In this document: positions 54,726 to 59,446 of the stretch, one piece after another
How positions within the stretch are numbered: the first letter of the stretch is position 1
Layout: the number at the start of each line of letters is the position of its first letter
NCBI GenBank assembly: GCA_945861615.1
Contig: CAMAVH010000003.1
Span: 1 to 59,446 of the forward strand
Source: Rhizobium sp. Q54
Lineage (GTDB): Bacteria > Pseudomonadota > Alphaproteobacteria > SMXQ01
Direction: 5' to 3'
DNA length: 59,446 bases
Notes under the pieces: model-generated
The model's input: the letters and a program-made list of their open reading frames with translations, nothing else
Told to the model about the DNA's origin: nothing
The model's database searches: none
Position numbers and translations under genes: made by a program

Positions 54726-56549
54726 TCAGGCGGCCGAGGTTCCGCCGCCAGAGGCATCGAGCAAGCGCCCGGGCCCGACCTTCGCGCGGCGCGCGACGGC
54801 ATATTGCAGATAGAGGTCCTCGAGCGTGAACGGCCGCACGTCCGTCGGGCGCAGTTGGTTCTGGATGATGCCGCCTTCGATGAAGTCGAAGCCGGCTTGC
54901 GTGGCTGCCGCCGCGAGGCTGAGCGTGCCGAGGTTGCAGGCGGTGGGCCGCAGGCCATGCTGGCTTGCCCGCAAGGCGAACTGATGCATGCCCTCGATGA
55001 TCTCGCTTTCTTTGCCGCGTTCGGCGGCGATATCGACGCCGACGCTGCCCAGGCCGGCGCGCTTCCATAGCGCGAAGTTGCTGGTGCGCAGCGGCAGCAG
55101 GCCGATCAGCATCGTCGAAAAGGGTTTGAGCTGCTGCAACGTGGCGATCAGCGCGCCCTGATCGGCGCTGTCGTCGATGTTGCGGCATTCGAAAATCAGG
55201 CGTTTGCGGGCCGCCGCCGAAAGCTCGCGGCAGACATTGAGGTAGTTGGCGCGGCGCTCGCGGTCGTAGAGCGTCTCGTAATGGACCGGTAGGGCGATGA
55301 TGGTTCCGCGCCCGGTCTCCATGGTCGGCAGACAATGGGCGATGACGTGATCGAGTGCGGCGCGGTCGACCTTTTCGATGACCTCGAGCGTCGCCGCCGG
55401 CGGCAGCACCGCTTCGCCGATGCCAAGCTCGCCGTTCGGCAGCTTGCCGGCGGGATAGCAGCCCGAGATGGCGAGCATGTTGGTGCGCACGCTCCACATC
55501 GGCCGATAGACGAAGCTCAGCTTATCGACGGCGATCTCTGTCGGCTTCGCCGGTTTCACGGCCTGGGCCGAGGCGGCAGAGGCCAAGGCGTCGGCCACGG
55601 CCTTGGCGAGCGGATTGTCGCCGCCGCTCTCTCGCGCGTTGCTTGGGGCGGCGCGCCTGGCAAGTTCCTGGAGCGCGGCATCCTCTGCCGTGCCGCCGGG
55701 CGCCGCCGGTTTCTCGGCGGACGGCGCTTTCGCCGTGCCGCTACCGAGTGGCGATTTGCTCGTCGGGGCGGCGGCGTTGAACACGCCGCGCCGCACGGGC
55801 TGGCGGTTGCGCGCCGCCGCCGACCAATCGGGCTCGACCGCTGCCGGGCCCTTGGCATCCGGAGGTTCGCCGGCATGCGCGGCCGGCTTGGCGTCGCGCG
55901 TTGTGTTGGCGCCGCTGGTCGAGCCGGGTGCCGCCGGCCGATCGAGGCCGCCGCCGCGCAAGGTGACATTGCGCGCCTTGTCGGCCGTCTCGATGCGATC
56001 CTGCACGGCGATCAGCGTGCCGACCGTGCGCAGCAGTCGGCTGAAGGCATCGCCGATCCCGGCGCCAAGGCCGGCGAGGAGGCGGCGGCCGCTGCGACTG
56101 CCGCGTCCGAACCGGCGCCGCGCCGGTTCGACGAGGCTGGTGCCGCTGCCGAACAGGAATTCGGCAAGGGCGCTGGCGATGCGCGTCATGCGTTCCTGCG
56201 CTTCGCGCTCTGACATGTTGGTGAATAACACGACGTAGCGCTCGGCGAAGCGTTCGTGCTCGTATGCGCCGCCGAGATGCCGGTGGAGGATGCGCAGGGC
56301 GATGCCGTGAATCAATTCGCCGTAGGCGGCCCAGCTGGCGCCGAGCGCTTTGCGCAGCGGCTCAAGATCGAGCACCTGCGTCGCGCCCCGGCTGCGGCCG
56401 CGGCTCAACGCAGCATAACGGCTGGGATCGCCGACGAGCTTGCGCGCCAGCGCGGGGCCGGCGCCTTCGGTGGCGGGATTGGATGCGCCGGCCATCGGCA
56501 TGGCCGCCGCCGCTCCTGCCGCTATCGCTTCGTTACCTGTCGCCGCCAT
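54726..56549 (-). CDS. Hypothetical protein with degenerate GGDEF-like N-terminal region, long Ala/Pro/Gly-rich linker and degenerate EAL-like C-terminal domain
   Basis: The N-terminus VLDLEPLRKALGASWAAYGELIHGIALRILHRHLGG..ERFAERYVVLF..EREAQERMTRIA follows the GGDEF-domain pattern, with RFAERY where RxGGDEF is expected. The C-terminus reads FVYRPMWSV...ALPVHYETL...LIFECRN...SVGVDIA...TACNLGT...AGFDFIEGG. This follows the EAL-domain block order, but the catalytic E-L, DDFG and EGVE residues are replaced. Pattern matched by eye only. Confidence 0.55.
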   Translation of the reverse strand: MAATGNEAIAAGAAAAMPMAGASNPATEGAGPALARKLVGDPSRYAALSRGRSRGATQVLDLEPLRKALGASWAAYGELIHGIALRILHRHLGGAYEHERFAERYVVLFTNMSEREAQERMTRIASALAEFLFGSGTSLVEPARRRFGRGSRSGRRLLAGLGAGIGDAFSRLLRTVGTLIAVQDRIETADKARNVTLRGGGLDRPAAPGSTSGANTTRDAKPAAHAGEPPDAKGPAAVEPDWSAAARNRQPVRRGVFNAAAPTSKSPLGSGTAKAPSAEKPAAPGGTAEDAALQELARRAAPSNARESGGDNPLAKAVADALASAASAQAVKPAKPTEIAVDKLSFVYRPMWSVRTNMLAISGCYPAGKLPNGELGIGEAVLPPAATLEVIEKVDRAALDHVIAHCLPTMETGRGTIIALPVHYETLYDRERRANYLNVCRELSAAARKRLIFECRNIDDSADQGALIATLQQLKPFSTMLIGLLPLRTSNFALWKRAGLGSVGVDIAAERGKESEIIEGMHQFALRASQHGLRPTACNLGTLSLAAAATQAGFDFIEGGIIQNQLRPTDVRPFTLEDLYLQYAVARRAKVGPGRLLDASGGGTSAA

Positions 56550-56843
56550 CGAACATGCCGCCCATCCTGTCGCTGTTTACTCTTGCGACGAAGGGGCCGG
56601 CGACGGCGCGCCTGCCGTAGCCATGACTGTTCGGTGATGATGCCGGCGGCCCCCGGCCGCGCGCGACAAGTTAAAAAGCATCGCGCATTTGCCTCAAGCA
56701 ATGCCCCGATTCAACGGGCGAAACAATGCATCCTTAAGCGGTAGATGCCTGCGGCAATTGGCTAAAATACGATTAAAAATCGCGCGGCTAGGTTTACCCC
56801 GCGCTTGGCAAGGTCTGCCGGATCGGCCTGGCGCCAAGCGCCC

Positions 56844-57773
56844 CTACATGGTCGCTGCGGTGTCGTCGAGATAGAGCCGCGTCAGCTCTGTGGTGACATG
56901 CTCGTAAGCGTCTTCGACCGAATCGGTGCGGTACATCAGGTCGAGATCGCGCCGGCTGATGGTGCCGTATTTGACCAGGGCGTTGAAGTCGATCACCTCG
57001 CGCCAGAATTGCGTGCCGAACAGCACGATCGGCATCTTCTTCTTGATCTTGAGCGTTTGGATCAGCGTCAGGATTTCCGTCAGCTCGTCGAAGGTGCCGA
57101 AGCCGCCCGGCATGGCGATCATCGCCTTGGCGAGATAGGCGAACCAGAACTTGCGCATGAAGAAATAGTGGAAGTCGATGTTCAGGCTGTGGGTGATGAA
57201 GGGATTGGGCTTCTGCTCGAACGGCAGTTCGATGTTGAGGCCGATGTTCATGCCCTTCACTTCGGAGGCGCCGCGGTTCGCCGCCTCCATGATGCCGGGG
57301 CCGCCGCCCGAGCAGACGACGAAGCGCCGGCCCTTGCCGCTCGGGGCCAGCGATTTCGACCAGAGCGTCAAGCGCTTGGCGAGCTCGCGCGTGTCTTCGT
57401 AATAGCGCGACATGGTGAGCGCCAGCTCGGCGCGCTCCATGCGTTCGGCTTGGGTTTCCGCGTCGTCCTGCGAATCGAGCCCGGCGCGCGCGGCCTTCAT
57501 GGCGGCCTCGGCCTGTTCGCGCGACAGAATCCGCGCCGAGCCGAAGAATACGATGGTGTCCTTGATGTCCTGATCGCGGAAGCGTTTCTCGGGTTCGAGA
57601 TATTCCGCGAGGATGCGCAGCGTGCGCGCTTCCGGCCCGTTCATGAAATCGAGGTTGGTATAGGCCGGGCCGTTCGGGCCGGCCGGCTGGCGCGGCTTCT
57701 GGCCGGGCGCGCCTTCCATCGGCTTGGAGGTGAAGGAATCGGTCGGCTTATTGTCGTCGCTCATACGGGGCAC
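56844..57773 (-). CDS. LOG-family (TIGR00730-type) nucleotide phosphoribohydrolase-like protein
   Basis: VVCSGGGPGIMEAANRGA...MPGGFGTFDELTEILTLIQT motifs. Confidence 0.85.
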   Translation of the reverse strand: MPRMSDDNKPTDSFTSKPMEGAPGQKPRQPAGPNGPAYTNLDFMNGPEARTLRILAEYLEPEKRFRDQDIKDTIVFFGSARILSREQAEAAMKAARAGLDSQDDAETQAERMERAELALTMSRYYEDTRELAKRLTLWSKSLAPSGKGRRFVVCSGGGPGIMEAANRGASEVKGMNIGLNIELPFEQKPNPFITHSLNIDFHYFFMRKFWFAYLAKAMIAMPGGFGTFDELTEILTLIQTLKIKKKMPIVLFGTQFWREVIDFNALVKYGTISRRDLDLMYRTDSVEDAYEHVTTELTRLYLDDTAATM

Positions 57774-57837
57774 TCGGCTTTACGGGGGGACGGAAACGGC
57801 AGAATAGCCGAATCCCCGCCCAATCCGGCCCACCGGC

Positions 57838-57878
57838 TTGACTCTTCATACATATGAACATATGTTCATATGTATGAA
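57838..57878 (+). promoter_or_regulatory. Sigma-70-like promoter (TTGACT-N17-TATGTT) overlapped by a 34-bp perfect palindrome (ArsR/SmtB operator candidate)
   Basis: The palindrome TTCATACATATGAACAT|ATGTTCATATGTATGAA spans 57845-57878. The -35 is at 57838-57843 and the -10 at 57861-57866. The arsR-family ATG at 57874 lies inside the right arm. Confidence 0.6.
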
Positions 57879-58191
57879 TGCAGAGAGCGACAGCCATATC
57901 CTCCAGCTCGCCGAAATCTTCCGGCTGATGGGCGATTCGACCCGCCTGAAGATCATCCTGGCCTGCCTCGGCGGCCCGCGCGCGGTGGCCGAGATCGCCG
58001 CGGAAACCGGGGCCTCGCCCTCGTTGGTCAGCCATCACCTGCGCCTGCTGCGCGCCGCCCGCATCCTGCGCAAGGCGCGCCAAGGCAAGCAGGCGTTCTA
58101 TTCGCCGGCCGACGAGCATGTCAGCCACATGCTGGTCGACATGCTGCATCACGTCGGCGAACCCGACGACGAGCAGGATTCGGAGGAGTAG
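57874..58191 (+). CDS. ArsR/SmtB-family metalloregulator with an alpha5-type (SmtB/CzrA-like) metal site
   Basis: MNAESDSHILQLAEIFRLMGDSTRLKIILACL...SLVSHHLRLLR is a winged helix-turn-helix. ADEHVSHMLVDMLHHVGE gives D-x-H-x10-H-x2-E spacing identical to the SmtB alpha5 site. Confidence 0.85.
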   Translation: MNAESDSHILQLAEIFRLMGDSTRLKIILACLGGPRAVAEIAAETGASPSLVSHHLRLLRAARILRKARQGKQAFYSPADEHVSHMLVDMLHHVGEPDDEQDSEE

Positions 58192-58194
58192 GCC

Positions 58195-58950
58195 ATGGCG
58201 CAGTCGCAGGATCACCGGGACGCCTGCTGCGCGCATGATCATGCTCACGATCACGCCCACGCGCCGGCGGCGCCCAATCGCCTGGAGCGGCTGCTCCATA
58301 TCAAGGACGATTGCTGCCCGGTCGAGAGCGTCACGCCGGTCGCGCCCGGCTATCGCCGCATCTTGTGGGTCGCGCTGATCGTCAACGCCGGCATGTTCGT
58401 CGTCGAGGCGCTGGCCGGCGTCAACGCCGAGTCGGTTTCGCTGCTCGCCGACGCCACCGATTTCCTCGGCGATGCCGCCAACTATGGCATCAGCCTTTAC
58501 GTGCTCGGCCTCGCCATCGCCTGGCGGGCCCGGGCGGCGCTGCTCAAGGCCGCCAGCATGGGCCTGTTCGGCCTGTGGGTAATCGGCCAGGCGATCTACA
58601 ACGCCGTCTTCGCCGCTTCGCCCGATCCGATGGTGATGGGCGTGATCGGTATCATCGCCTTCGCCGCCAATCTCGCCGTCGCCATCTTGCTTTATCGCTA
58701 TCGCGAGGGCGACGCCAACATGCGCTCGGTCTGGCTCTGCACGCGCAACGATGCCATCGGCAATCTTGCCGTGCTGCTCGCCGCCAGCGGCGTGTTCGCC
58801 ACCGGCACGCCGTGGCCCGATATCGCCGTCGCCGCGATCATGGCGAGCCTGGCGTTGCAGGCCGCGGTCAGCGTGCTGCGCCAATCTCTCGGCGAATTGA
58901 AAGCGGCGCGGTTGCAACGGCCAGAGCCAGCGGCTAAAGCAGGGGCATGA
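58195..58950 (+). CDS. Cation diffusion facilitator (CDF) family transporter, short form without obvious C-terminal cytoplasmic domain, His/Cys-rich N-terminus
   Basis: CCAHDHAHDHAH and DDCCP lie at the N-terminus. The TM region has LLADATDFLGDAANY (the HD/DD site A position) and NDAIGNLAVLL. Confidence 0.85.
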   Translation: MAQSQDHRDACCAHDHAHDHAHAPAAPNRLERLLHIKDDCCPVESVTPVAPGYRRILWVALIVNAGMFVVEALAGVNAESVSLLADATDFLGDAANYGISLYVLGLAIAWRARAALLKAASMGLFGLWVIGQAIYNAVFAASPDPMVMGVIGIIAFAANLAVAILLYRYREGDANMRSVWLCTRNDAIGNLAVLLAASGVFATGTPWPDIAVAAIMASLALQAAVSVLRQSLGELKAARLQRPEPAAKAGA

Positions 58951-59446
58951 CAGCCCCCCAGTCCTCCCGTCGCCGGTTTCTCATCGTTGCCCTCGCCGCC
59001 GTGCTGGCCGCGCTGATCGTCGCCGGCATCGTTCTGGCGTTGCAGCCGGCCCCGAGGCCGGTCGCGCAAAGCGGCGCGCCGCAATCGTCCGGCGTCATGC
59101 GCCTGCCGCCCGGCAGCGAGCTCGGTGGGCCGTTCCGCCTGGTCGATCAGGACGGCAAAGCCGTCACCGATGCAACCTACGCCGGCAAATTCATGCTGGT
59201 CTATTTCGGCTTCACCTTCTGTCCGGATGTCTGTCCGACCGAGCTGCAGGCGATGGCCACGGCGATCGACGATCTCGGCAGCCCGGGCGACATGGTTCAG
59301 CCGATCCTGATCAGCATCGATCCCGCGCGCGACCGCCCCGCGCAATTGAAGGACTATGTCGCCGCCTTCCATCCGCGCCTCGTCGGCCTCACCGGCAGCA
59401 GCGAAGAGATTGCCGCCGCCGCCAAGGCCTATCGCGTCTATTACGC
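58947..59446 (+). CDS. SCO1/SenC-family thioredoxin-fold copper chaperone (partial, 3' end off window)
   Basis: Absent from the ORF track because there is no stop in the window. The ATG at 58947 overlaps the CDF TGA (ATGA). TM anchor, then FRLVDQDGKAVTDATYAGKFMLVYFGFTFCPDVCPTEL (CxxxCP motif). Confidence 0.85.
   Translation, partial: MTAPQSSRRRFLIVALAAVLAALIVAGIVLALQPAPRPVAQSGAPQSSGVMRLPPGSELGGPFRLVDQDGKAVTDATYAGKFMLVYFGFTFCPDVCPTELQAMATAIDDLGSPGDMVQPILISIDPARDRPAQLKDYVAAFHPRLVGLTGSSEEIAAAAKAYRVYY

Overview
GC-rich chromosomal segment with alphaproteobacterial (Hyphomicrobiales-like) gene order: rsmB-rpe-heparinase-like ... purH, tsaD-gpsA, and hemC-hemD-mic60-hemY. GGAAC-N16-CGTT (EcfG-type) and TTGAT-N4-ATCAA (FNR/FixK-type) sites fit that assignment. 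I call about 55 protein genes and one tRNA-Thr(CGU). I saw no rRNA, CRISPR array, transposase, integrase or phage genes.

Recognisable content:
- Left edge: a Mn-exporter gene behind a yybP-ykoY-like leader.
- HD-GYP protein and CBS histidine kinase.
- Large NAD-glutamate dehydrogenase start/stop-coupled to a UMF1 MFS transporter.
- purH, and a compact glycan module of 4,6-dehydratase, initiating transferase and Wzy_C ligase next to a heparinase-like gene.
- rpe, rsmB, htpX.
- NOX-like ferric reductase and a c-type cytochrome.
- acs, followed by a yciI-EVE-Rieske operon.
- opgC plus two SGNH hydrolases.
- kdpFABC-kdpDE, followed by an orphan eutA.
- A secreted-looking methyltransferase, a doubly degenerate GGDEF-EAL protein and a LOG-family protein.
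- Right edge: an ArsR/SmtB-CDF-SCO operon.

Most long ORFs in the supplied track that run antisense to these genes are Arg/Ala/Gly-rich GC artefacts.

There is no obvious defence or mobile island. The most unusual observations are:
- a UPF0016(GDT1)-MntP fusion behind a Mn-riboswitch-like leader;
- a HemD-Mic60 fusion, preceded by a chain of ATGA-coupled 6-codon mini-ORFs at the hemC/hemD junction;
- two tiny genes with perfect EcfG general-stress promoters;
- three FNR/FixK-type boxes in front of a bicupin, a cytochrome c and an AT-richer 2OG-Fe(II) oxygenase;
- an extra KdpF-like micropeptide behind a KdpE-like direct repeat;
- an orphan EutA;
- a 43-bp duplication of the oxygenase 3' end.

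All functional calls rest on motifs read by eye. No database search was run.
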